A stretch of DNA of 56,714 nt, the filler included, from Jimgerdemannia flammicorona (Eukaryota), in NCBI GenBank assembly GCA_003990765.1. It is 3 parts of 3 records of this genome, joined end to end, with 100 filler letters (N's around TTAATTAATTAA, not from the genome) between each part and the next. Parts side by side here need not be neighbours in the genome. Positions count along the whole stretch, not along the records: positions 18,941 to 37,777 come from RBNJ01002096.1; 2 more parts are not named here. The stretch is one strand, 5' to 3'. The notes beneath the pieces are model-generated. The model was not told the DNA's origin and made no database searches. It saw nothing but the letters and a program-made list of their open reading frames with translations. Shown one piece after another: positions 25,921 through 37,877 of the stretch; within the stretch, counting starts at the first letter, position 1; each line of letters begins with the position of its first letter. Position numbers and translations under genes: made by a program.

Positions 25921-28900
25921 GTCAATACTATAATCTTATAAATAACCCTTAGTAACAAAATATACTTTTTATTAATCTATACTTCTATCATTCTTATACT
26001 TGACTTATACTCATTATTATCCTATAGATTATTGATTGCTCAAAAGAGATATCAGATTTTATATACTATTCTCAATAAGTAAATTATACTCTTCATTTAT
26101 AGCTTACTTCTATTTTTTATTATCAGAAGAATTTATTACTTCATTACACATGTTTGACTCATCAGAAATTGCAATAAATATATATTTGTATATCTTAGTA
26201 TAACTCATATAGTTCTTACATTGAGATATCTTTGGTATATTCCAATAACTCCCTAAATTGGAATGAGTTTCTCAGTAAATATTAGAGTACTTTTGCTTAC
26301 TCTTTATAGAGAATCTCTCATTATTATCAGAGATCTCACTATCCTAAATTTCTGTTATCCTTGGCTCAGATAACTCTGGCTTAGATATATAAAGCAGTTA
26401 AAAATAATTTTACTTTATTAGAGAAGTTAGTACTGAATATTATACTTACTGAGATATTGAAGTAGAGATTCCAATAGATATATCTATATAGGGTTTCTGA
26501 TTTTCTTTTTTGTTAAACTCTATATCATATAAGATTACTATATAATATTTATATAAATTCTAGAATCAATACATCTTACTAGAATATATAAGAAATACAT
26601 ACTTGCTAGCTTTTGGTCTAAACTTATACTGATTAGTATTGCTCTTGTCAAGAATATATATATCATATCTGAATATATATAGATATAATATATCTGGCTT
26701 CATTTCACTCTATAACTCTTCAGAATAAGATTATTATCTCTAGAATACTTATTATTATTGCCAGATTTCTTGCTTAATACTTGAGATATATATTAGTTAT
26801 ATTATATATACCATTATATTAATGATCTTGGCCCAATAAGAATATAATAATCTGGCTATATTGATTATTATTTTTACCATTTCCATGGCCATATAATTAA
26901 ATCACTTAGCTATACCATTCTGCTATAGTATATATAATACTATTATCTAATAGTATATATCATATTTTCTCAGATACTGCTTAAATATACTATTGATATA
27001 TTTATATTTATTATCTGAGTATATAGTATGTATTCTATATTCTGTTTCATTCTCTATAATTACTTTAAATTCTTTAAATTTATCTAAAACTTTGCTCTTT
27101 GCTAATAGAAAATATATATATACCTTGTATAATAGCTTAAAGAATATAATGAAATATCTCTTCTCTCTGTAGAAAGTAGTATACATCAGGCTACATATAT
27201 TTATATAGATTAAATTAAGTATACTATATATATTTTATCTACTTCTTGAATAGATACCAGGATAACTTATTTACTATATATAATCTTTACAGAAGTTATC
27301 ATTAAAATATATTGCTAGTAATCCTTATATAGATCTATTTCTTATCATTCTTTTCAAGCTCAATTTTTCTATATATTCTAAGTATTAATACTATATATTA
27401 GATATATCAGATATAGTTATTATATATATAGAGGTCTTTATACTACTCAGTATACTATTGATTATATACAGATTACCTTATTTTGATACTAATATGATCT
27501 CCTTGTTATTTTTCAAACTATATATCATTGCTCTTATTAGAAGTATATATATATTTCTTTATTACTATAGACCATTATTTTACTAATTGAAAAGAGATTC
27601 TTTTCTATTTTTAGAATATATAATATATTCTAAAAAGTATCAGTGAGCTCCATAATATTCCTACAGAGATATATACTAAAATTTCCTCTTCCTTGAGTAT
27701 ATATAATATTGTTATCACCTAACTTGATAGATATGGAATATTCAAACAACTTATATATTGAGAACCATTCTCAGTAAGCTATTATATATTATATAGTATC
27801 TGAATCTCTAAGCTAAACATTATTATTATTAGTAGTATTAGTACTTTTACTAACTATATTCTTATTGATAGATATATATATAGATATTACTTATATGAAA
27901 AACATGCTACTATTATTATTAGTTTTGATAATATTTGTATTATATTATTCTTTACTATTATATTTCTTTCTACTACTCTTATATTGTCAATACTGGCTTC
28001 TATACTTATTTTCATTATTCTTCTTATCTTTATAATAGTAATCATTATATATATATCTATACTTATTATAGTAATAGTAGTTTTTATTAAATATTTCACA
28101 TTTTTGGCCTTATTAGTACTTCTTGCCTTATCTATATAACTTATAGAACACTTTCTCATTATTGTTATTACCACTATTTCCTTGATGCATCTTTTCATTG
28201 ATGAGGCTCATTATTACATAGATATAGTCTGTGAGTTTTTCACTTTCATATATGGCTACCACTATAATATTATATATCTTAAGAAGATCTCATATAAGAA
28301 TCAGAATCTTATCTTCATCACTGATATACTCTATTGATATACTTAGGAAATTTATCTGATTTATCAGATTATCAATATGATTAGTATATTTACAAATACT
28401 CTATTTGAATTTCATTTATAGATAGAATAGTTGAGATTTCTGATAGAATCAATTTGATAAGAATATTTATATATAATAATTATATAGAGTCTCTTATATT
28501 ATGGACTATTATAGTATATATTATAAGCTTTATTTACTAGTTTTATAATATAAAAATAATCTCTTATAATACTTAGTGATTATTTGTAGTATTATAATCT
28601 TGAATCTATACCTATAGTTTTATATACTCTGCTATACTCCTCCAGAAGATTGCTTATATAAAATATCTAAATAGTATATATAATTCTTACTATTAAAGAT
28701 AGGAATTAATATTTTAGCTATATTTATATTTACTACAGAAACTGTGATTATTATATCTATTCTGGAAGTACTCACACCTACTGTGTTCAGTATGCTTATA
28801 TATATACTGATCTCTTTTTGTCTATACTGATATCTTAGTATAGAGTTTTAGAGAGATATTTCTTATTAGTAAGTGGACTCATAACCTTTATTATAACTTA

Positions 28901-29015
28901 ATAGAGTAGGGAGCAGAGTAGAGAGCAGAGCATTGTTTATTATTCTAGATAGTATATATTTATATATCAAGTAATATAACTCAAAAATGATATAGTTATA
29001 TATATAAGCTATATT
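25920..29015 (-). mobile_element. Heavily decayed Ty1/Copia element (LTR remnant-PBS-gag-PR-IN), truncated before RT
   Basis: PR decayed W..DSG (~27800); IN LNLIYINICSLM, IYSDNKYKY, *QNGIAK*FN; IN follows PR as in Copia. Confidence 0.8.
28874..28886 (-). promoter_or_regulatory. Copia half-tRNA-iMet primer-binding site (GGTTATGAGTCCA)
   Basis: Matches the GGTTATG(G/A)GCCC PBS of copia/Ty5-type elements, upstream of gag. Confidence 0.7.
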
Positions 29016-29019
29016 ATCA

Positions 29020-30260
29020 AGATATCAAAATAGAATTTCAACATATTTCTTTCCACTACTTCTATAATGCCAATGCTGACTTTCATACTTATTTTCATTA
29101 TTCTCCTTATTCTTATAATAGTAGTCATTCTGCATATACTTATACTTACTATAGTAATAATAGTTTCCATTAAACTTACATTTATATTTTTGATCTTATT
29201 AATACTTACCTCATTCATATAACTTATAGAACACTTTCTCATCATCATTATTATCACTATTTCCTTTATACATCTCTTCATTGATGAGACTTGTTATATA
29301 AGTATAATTTATAAATTTTCTACTTTATATATATATAGCCACTACTATGATATTATATATCTTAGAGAGACCTCTTATAAGAGCCCAAACCTTGTCTTTA
29401 TCACTGATTAGTGCTCTGAACAAGTTAATCCAGATGGGATTTGGATGGGATTCAAATCCCATCTGGATTAACTCAGATGAGATTTGAATCCCATCTGGAT
29501 AGATTCAAATCAACCATTGTTTTGATTTCCAAATTAGACAATTAAATGTTTATATCAATAACATGATGAATAATCATCCAAATTTGATTATCTTAGTGCC
29601 ATCTGAAAGCCCTTAATAAGGCCTTTCTAATGATACTAAGAATATTAAAATCAGATTATGCCATTACCGAGATATTAAGAAAAATGTACTAATTGATGAA
29701 ATTTCCAAAATTGGCAAATCAAATAATTTCCAAAATTAGTGATTCAGATGTTTTCCTTCATAACTCAGCAATGTATAATCTGATTTCAATGTTCTTGGTA
29801 TCATTAGATAGGCCTTATTAAGGGCTTTTAAATGATACCAAGATTATCAAATTTGGATGATTATTCATTAAGTTATTGATGTAAATATTTAATTGTCTAA
29901 TTTGGAAATCAAAACAATGGTTGATTTGAATCCATCCAGATGGGATTTAATCTGAATCTATCCAAATCCAATCTAGATGGGATTTAATCCAAATCTATCT
30001 AAATCCAATTCAGATTAAATTGACTCATTAGGAGTACTATCACTGATGTACTTTTTTGATATATTTAGAGAATTCACCTGATTCATTAGATCATTAATAT
30101 GTTTAGTATATTTACAGATATTTTTCTTGGGCTTCATTTGTAAATTGAATAATTGAGATTTTAGATAGAACTAATTTGATAAAGATGCTTATATATAATG
30201 ATTATATAGAGTCTCCTATATATTGTAAGCTATTGTAGTATATATTATAAGCTTTATACT
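29020..30260 (-). mobile_element. Second Copia gag fragment interrupted by a MITE
   Basis: 29040-29408 plus 30048-30260 are colinear with ~27960-28540 (paired ORFs MKRCIKEIV...). Confidence 0.8.
29409..30039. mobile_element. hAT-family MITE, 631 bp, largely palindromic
   Basis: Perfect 8-bp TSD tcactgat (29401-29408 / 30040-30047); termini tagtgctctgaac / cattaggagtacta match the hAT TIRs at 49230 and 55598. Confidence 0.9.
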
Positions 30261-32043
30261 ATCTTTCTCTGATACAATTTATATTATACAAACTTTGAGC
30301 AATACTTTTCAATATAACTCAAAAAAAAGATCCTAGTAATATATCATTAAGCAAGAGTTCTGATGGGTCAGATAGACCTGAGATATTTAGCTAGCAGTAT
30401 ATAGAGAGAAGCTATGGCCTGGAAATAGGTACTTTTGGAGGTACAAATAATAGAGAAAGATCTAGAGGGAGGCTGATGTTAGGTAAAAATGAGAGAGGAT
30501 CTGAGTTCCCAAGTTTTGCAGACAAGGTGAAGGAGAGTGAATGGCCAGTGAGTGCTTGGGCTGGCATAGCTGAAGAGAAAGACAAAGCTAACCTGAGAAG
30601 GGTAGAGGGCCCTATACTCAGAGAAGTGAGTGTAGAGACAGGAGGAGTTATGGCTGGGGACAGTAGTGTGACTACTAATGGCAGCATGATGGCAAATCTA
30701 AAAAAAAAAAAAGATATAATAGCTGATAATAGAGTTATACAAGAGGACCAACAGAGGCAGAGAGATCTAGCTAATAGTGTAATGGGCCTGGTAGTGGCCC
30801 CATTACTCAAGAAATCAATCTCAGAGTTTATAGTCATATTGTGCTTCTGGGACTTAGCAGTGACAGCAAAGATGGTACTAGAGCTAATCTTAAAGTAGAT
30901 AGCTAGAGCTGCCTTAGTGAAGTTCCCAAAGAGGCTTGAGGGGGTTGAAGTGAGCTTTGAGAAGACTGCTCCCTTAAAGAAGACATTGAAGGCTGGGTTG
31001 ACTGTAGAAGAGGTAGTGATCCTAATGACTCACTATTTGAGATAGGACCCCAGGGTGGTCCAGCTACTGATAAAGGAAGTATCTATAGTAATGACAGTTG
31101 AGATAAGAAAAAGAGTAGAGGAAGTTATAGCTGAGTATAGTAAAGTAGTTGACATTAGTTTCTAGATCTGGGAGGGGACTTTATTCAGAATAGGTGATGT
31201 GGATATTAGGCTCTGGCTAGCTGAGAAGGAGGCTATGGGGAAGCTGTAAGACTGATCTTTAGTATTAATGTGGGGTGTATTTATCTGCAAGATAACAAGA
31301 GTGAAGAGAAGTATAGAGAAGGAGAAGGATCTGATAGAGGTACTGAAAGAGCTCAGTGGGGCAGTGGAGTAATGGGCCAAGATATGACAGATATATATAG
31401 ACTCAACACATCTGGAGGTGGTGGATATAAAATATATTTGGGTAGATAAGGAGCAGTGGGAGAGGGCTTAGAGGTGTAAGTAGTAGAAGGAGTTGCTAGC
31501 AAGTTTGAAGGAGAAGGAAAAGGCATTACTTAGTTCTGATAGAATCTCAGAGAGTGCTCAGGAGAGTATCTGGGTAGATGATATAGGGAGGAGTATAAAG
31601 ACTATAGGTAGGAGCCAGGAGGCAAGAGATTAGACTCTCTATGATAATGCTAGAGATATAGAAGAAGAGTAAAGATATGAGAGAGCAGTCTGGAGTCAAC
31701 AGCCAAAGGTTGATGAGGATGTGGAGATATTGGGAACTCACTGTATTCAATTTAGAGTATCTGAGATAATAAGTGAGGGGTAAGTAGTTGAGGTTAGGGA
31801 GGATTAGCTGGTGAATATTTCTGAGGAGGAGTGGGATAAGTCTGCAAGTGCTGAGGCAGATACTATGATACTAGGGGATGGCAGACCAGTGATCTCTAGA
31901 GGTAAAGAGATTGGTGATCTGCAGTAAATATGCTGGGTGATAAATAACTTGGTAGCTGAGGAGCTGGGGAATGTAGACCTGTGAGTTATTAGCAAAGAGT
32001 ACTGGGCAAAGATGCTATAGAGAGATAGTATTGTGGAGGCCCT

Positions 32044-34089
32044 TGTAAGCATACAACCTCCAAGCTACTGAAATCACATATGACCTCTGAACAAATCTGA
32101 AAATCATATGTAAGATTATAAAGCTGAGTCAAACTGAAGTCATAGCATATAAAGCTAAGTCAACTCAAAGTCATGAAATATAAGAATTATACAAACAGAG
32201 TCTTACCAATCAAGACTGAATGTATATATATCAAGTATCAAGATGTATCAAAATAGAGAACCAAAACAAACCAAACAAACAACTCCAACTTCTGAACATA
32301 TATATAAATATGACCACTGAGATTTATAACTATATCTATGCTGAAATTTGGAATACCATTATCAATCAAGCCACATCTCCTCTATTCCTCATGAATATCC
32401 ATAGTCTAGCACTCCTCTACTTCATAAAAGCCCAATGGAATGCTCTGAATATACTTAGCAAGGCCTACCAAATCAGACAAATCTCAAGCTACTACTAGAT
32501 TGGCTGCCTCCTAGAAGACATGGTCAAATATCACCACAATATGGACATTATCCAGATGTCTCAACACCAGAAACTCATTGTCTGCAAACATCAAGAACTC
32601 TTCTATGAGTACAGCACCTTTATTCTCTGCCTCCAAGTCACTACTGCTGAAATGGTTGCTATCCTATCCTATGACCAAATTGATGACATGATATAAGAAC
32701 TCAACTACAAGTACATTGAGTATGTTCAAACTATAGACAGAACCTTCCTATATCCCAATGACCACATTCTGTAAATGCCCCAAGTTGGATATATCATAAA
32801 GGACATCTATAATATAATCTGGTTCAATAATGATGAAGCAGAAGATAATGATCCCTCTGATACTGACATGACCTTGAGCTAAGAATCCCTGCCAACTCTG
32901 ATTACTCTGCCAACCTTACTGATGAACTTATAACAGTTTATAACCACCTACAAGACCTATTGGAATAATGACTACTGGTACAAATATCAGCCTACATTTA
33001 CTCCTGACTACTTCAACTACAATGAAGAGACTGGAGAACACAACTTGTACCTCTAGACAACTCTTGAGATTGAACCAACAACCCTACTACCTGAGTATGA
33101 GCAATATAAAGCACAATCACCAGTATACTACAACTCTGCAACTTATAGCACCATTACTTATAGAAGGTATGCAGATAGTGAATCTGATGAAAGTGAAGAT
33201 GATGCACCCCTTCTTCACCCACCAACTCCATATTCAGCATATGAGACAGATGATGCTATCATATGAAATGATGATAAAGTCCCAATATATTATTACCTTA
33301 GTGAACAAGGAGAATTAATCCATGAATAACTCTTAGATGACTACTTCATCAGAGATGAGAACATCAATAGTGATATTATCAAAGACTATCTAGACAGCAT
33401 CTAAATCTATAGATAGCTTAGCAGTCATAGTATAGTTAGATTAGCTCTATATGATGTAACTGTGAACTGACTCAGCAGTCAGATGATCTCTTGATATATC
33501 AGATCACACCTGTACTATGTGACTATATTCTGACTCAGCAAGATATTAAGTGCTATATCCATATTCAGCATAGTCCAGATAGCCCCTCACTAGTATAAAT
33601 ACCCCCTCCCCCAGACCTCAGAATCTCAGACTTGAATAGACTTGAATATACAAGAACATTCCTGAACACTTCTCCATAATATTCTTTTATACAACTACTC
33701 CTAGTATAGTAATATCATGAATAGCAAATAAACTTATTTAATAACCCACAAATCACTCTTAAGTAAATCTACTTCATATTAGGTCCCAGTCTAACTCTGT
33801 CACAAAATTTCCTAATTGGGTATTATCTGTAGTGATATGCTGATTCAACTAAGCTGGTCTTAGTTTCTTGAACTTTCTAAAATATAGAAAATTCTGAACA
33901 TCCAGAACTAGTCCAAAAAAGGACTTTAGTTGAGATGTCAACTTGATCTTAAAATAAATAAGTATAGAGGATATACTCTATACAAAATTGATCTTGACCT
34001 TAAGAAAACAGTCTTCTAGAATATCTAGAACTTTCAGAAACCCCTTTCAGAACTATATAATAGTTACCCTAACAAGTAACCTTCTTATA
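32044..34089 (+). mobile_element. Long solo LTR (family A, 2046 bp)
   Basis: TGTAAG...CTTATA (decayed CTTACA) termini; 5-bp TSD gccct (32039-32043 / 34090-34094); TATA gtataaatacccc ~33593. Confidence 0.82.
32310..33404 (+). pseudogene. U3-encoded ORF of LTR family A (helical domain plus D/E-rich tail), several stops
   Basis: ATG 32310 and TAA 33402 are in the same frame (364 codons); reads ...YY*IGCLL...KHQELF...LSYDQIDDMI... then an acidic region. Confidence 0.6.
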
Positions 34090-37000
34090 GCCCTAGTAAC
34101 TGAGGTGCTGACAGTATTCCTAGATGAGAAAGGTTATACAGTTGACAACATGAGGGAGGCTGAGATAGTGGTGACTGCTAGAGAGTATGCAGTCTTCTGG
34201 TGGAAATAGAGGTATAGACTGGAGATCTGGTAAGAGACTTGCTTGGAGTACTGAGAGGAGATGGAGGAGAAGGATGATACAGTAATGGCTGAGCTATTGA
34301 TTGAACTGAAGGCTAAGCAGATCGAGAGGGAAGAGGTGACTGTAGAATATAAATTGGACTTCGCTAGAGAGGAGATAAATATAGAGCTGTGAAGAGAATA
34401 TATCTATTTTAATATTATTTCCTATAAATAGTACAACTAATATTTTTTATTAAATATGAATAGCTTGAGGGATTCTGGGAGATGGTATAACATTTTACTT
34501 AGTTGAAGAGATTAGAAGCTAATCTCTTTCTTCTACAAGATATATATTGTGAGAAGGATCTTGATCAACAAGAGTGAATAAGGGAATGGAGAGGGGCTAC
34601 AGTTTGGAATAGTAAGGTTGGGCTACTGATATAGAAAGGATGAGATGAAATATATAGAAGCAGGAATTGGAGAGATCAACTAGTTTAGAGTAAATGACAT
34701 CAACCTAGATGAGAGCCAATTGTAGTTAGATCTTATTACTGCTCTGCAGTTAAGAGTGAGTATGTAGAGTGAATTGATGGTCTGTTGATAGTGGGGTTCT
34801 TGTAGAGATAGAAGTGAATATACTTAGAGGGGACTTTGATATAGTTCATATAGTGCAATTGAACAGGACAGATGAGGGGAGGAATGCAGAGAGTAGGAAT
34901 AATAGTCTAGAGGGTTAGAAGGAGGTAGAGTGACTTGGATCCTTAGTATATACTGATCAAGCAATATGGAGAGATAGAAGAGTCTATACTCATTGGATGA
35001 GTGGCCTTGGAATAGAATTGACTGAGTGCTAATAGTTAATTGCTGGGGTCTGAATGTCTGGAAGTCTCTGAAGATTGAGCAGTATCTATGGTTGGACCAT
35101 TGAAACTTGTTAGGATGTAGTCAGTTTGGGAGAAGTAGGAATAGACCTGGACATTAGTATCTCAATTTCTCTTTATTAGCTGAGAAGGAGTTGTGGGATA
35201 CTTGGGCTAAGAACATTAGGCAGAAGGTGGATAGTTGGATCCAAGACAGTACTCCAGTGAGTGTTCAATAGATAAGATTGAAGGAGGCTACTAGAGTTTA
35301 CTAGAGTGAGACTGGCAAGATAGCAGGAAGATAGTAGAGAAGAAAGGTGACTTGGGCCTCTACTAGATTGGTCCAGCTTTAAGAGAAATGGACTGATCTA
35401 TTGGCCTTAGAGGGGATAGAGGATTGGAGATTAATACAAGTGAAGTTGGAGATTGCAGAGTTATAAAAGATGTTGAAGAAGAAGGAGGAGACTTTTGTGA
35501 GAGAAATGGCTATATAGCTATATTGGCAAAGACTTGAGGCCCTCTAAGTACCTCTTAAGACTTCTTTAGATAAGAGTGAGACAGAGATAGGAGGGGGTTT
35601 TGGATTCTGAAAGCCTGCTGATATATGGTTTACAAAACATTTTGGACTCTCTGAAGGAGAGGTGGAGTGATCTGTGGAGTAAAAAGGAGAGTAATACTAT
35701 CATTGAATATACTTTGGAAGATTGGCATCCACCACAAGTAGATGGGCTTGATAGTTTGATACTGCCAGTTCAGAAGGAGGAGATTTGTCAGATTCTTACT
35801 ACAACTAAGCTAGGCACTGCACCAGAGAAGGATGAACTGCTCTGGGACTTCTGGAAAGACCTATGATCATATCTGAAGAGTCTAGTTGGCAAAGATACTG
35901 AATAGGATTAGAGTCTCTCAGTAGTTCTGAGTATTAATAATCAGCCTACTGGAAGGGAGTAGGACAGTGCTCATATGTAATAATTATCAGAGTGTGGTAT
36001 TCTCTCTGGATAGAGGTATTCTCCAGGATGACCCACTGTCTTCTATTTTGTATACTCTATCCTTAGAGCCATTAATGGATAGGATTCATCACAGGATAGT
36101 GGGGCTCTTGGTATTTGGAATTGTCTAGAAGGTTGGGGTCTTTCCAGATAATATAGTGGTTGGCCTTAGATCTATTACAGATGTGGGGGCACTTAAGAAG
36201 ATAGTAGAGTGGTATGAGGCTCACTTTGGGGCAAAACTCAACTGGCACAAGTATGAAATGATATTGTTGAGCAATAGTCTGGTGAGAGAGAATATCATTG
36301 GAACAATTGTCCCCACTGGAGATGCTGTATGATATCTGAGCATTTTTCTTTCAGTCTATGGGTCAGTCTTATCTAGAACTTGGTGAAAGCAGTGAGTGAT
36401 TATTTGAGAGAAGGCCCTGCAGAGCTAGGATGGCTATTATATCTCTTTGGTAGACCATATTTCAATCTTGAATATCTACTGGCTTCTGAAGCTATAGTAT
36501 TTAATAAATTATTTGGACTTTCTAATCTGGGTGGTGAAGAGACTGTTGAAGCTAGCCAAGGACTGGATCTGGGCTGGGAGATGGAGTCAGATTAGCTAGG
36601 ATATTTTGTCAATACCAGTAGATAGAGGAGGTCTTGGGCTAGTTGACTTCCCAAAGAGGCTTTATTATCTGAGAGCATGATGGCTGAAGAGAGCTGTAGA
36701 ACTAAGGAGAGATGACTGAGTTCCTCTGATGCAGAAGATCTGAGAGATGTAATTTTCACTGAGAGGCTTCTCAGGGAATCTACTATCTTTGATTGGGCTT
36801 AGAAATAGTAGATACATATAATATAGGGGCTTCTGGTGGAGAGTAGTTGATAGAGTACACTGCATTGGTATTTGTTAGTATGGTGCTAAGAGAGAGATAC
36901 TGTGGGGCTCAGTAATATGAAGATGGAATTATATATTATTGGGAGATACTCTACTAATTGACTTTGATATTGATGATGAGGTAGAGTACCAGAGAGGGTT

Positions 37001-37777
37001 AGGACAGGATGTGTGGCCTAGTGGCTAGCAGACAGCAGATATTAGAGAAGAGTAGAATTGGGATAGAGTCTGGTCCTGAAGTACTGAGATATGGTACTGA
37101 CTACCACCCAAGTTCTGAATAGTATAGTGGTACTTACTGAGGAGGAATGTTATGCTCAACTTTCATTCAGGCCATCTTGTAAAAGATAGATAATTTGATT
37201 GTAAGGATTGTTATGATGTAGGACAGAAAGAAGAGTTTGTATAAATATCAGAATATTGGTTAGAAGAGTATGAGTTACTTGGAGACTTTTGGTTAGTAGT
37301 TGGGAATAGATTGGGTGTTGTGAGGAGAAGAGATGATGAGAGAGATTAATGAGAGGATTTGAGAAAAAGATTGGTAGATGAGATTGAAAATGAGTGACTC
37401 ACTATTGAGTGGATTTTAGCTATATAGGTGAGATTGGCTGAATACTAGTTGTTTGTTTTTAAGGAGGAGAGATAGTTGAGTTTGAGAGAGTGATTGATAA
37501 GATAGAAAGAGTTGATGGGAGATATCTTGATAGGTTGGTGGCTGGGATAGAGTCTACAGAGAGATCATTAGCACTGCTTAGTAGAGAAGATATATAGATA
37601 GAGGTGTGGGTCAATATAGGCCCTGCTGCATCTGATATAGTTGAGCTACTGGACAATAGCTAGTCTAGGTTAATGGGAGGGCAGTGCTTGGTGGGTGGTG
37701 GAAGAGGGTTTTGGCCTATATAGTCTAGGTTCTCTTCCAATAAAAATCCATGGAACATTGAGTCTGTATAAAAAAAA

Positions 37778-37877
37778 NNNNNNNNNNNNNNNNNNNNNNN
37801 NNNNNNNNNNNNNNNNNNNNNTTAATTAATTAANNNNNNNNNNNNNNNNNNNNNNNNNNNNNNNNNNNNNNNNNNNN
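37778..37877. other. Assembly gap with artificial TTAATTAATTAA linker
   Basis: 100-nt N run with a central linker. Confidence 0.97.

Larger units (their letters stand above)
30261..37777 (+). mobile_element. Near full-length degenerate L1/Tx1-like LINE with an internal RT deletion and a solo-LTR insertion
   Basis: 5' tctttctct, ORF1 (APLLKKSISEFIVILCFWDL), ORF2 from ~34420, QDDPLSSIL, poly(A) at 37770; RT N-terminal motifs missing near 35880. Confidence 0.9.

Noticed and set aside
27887..29281. Duplicated host gene (MKRCIKEIV ORFs)
   Set aside because: Off-frame readings of decayed Copia gag in two copies
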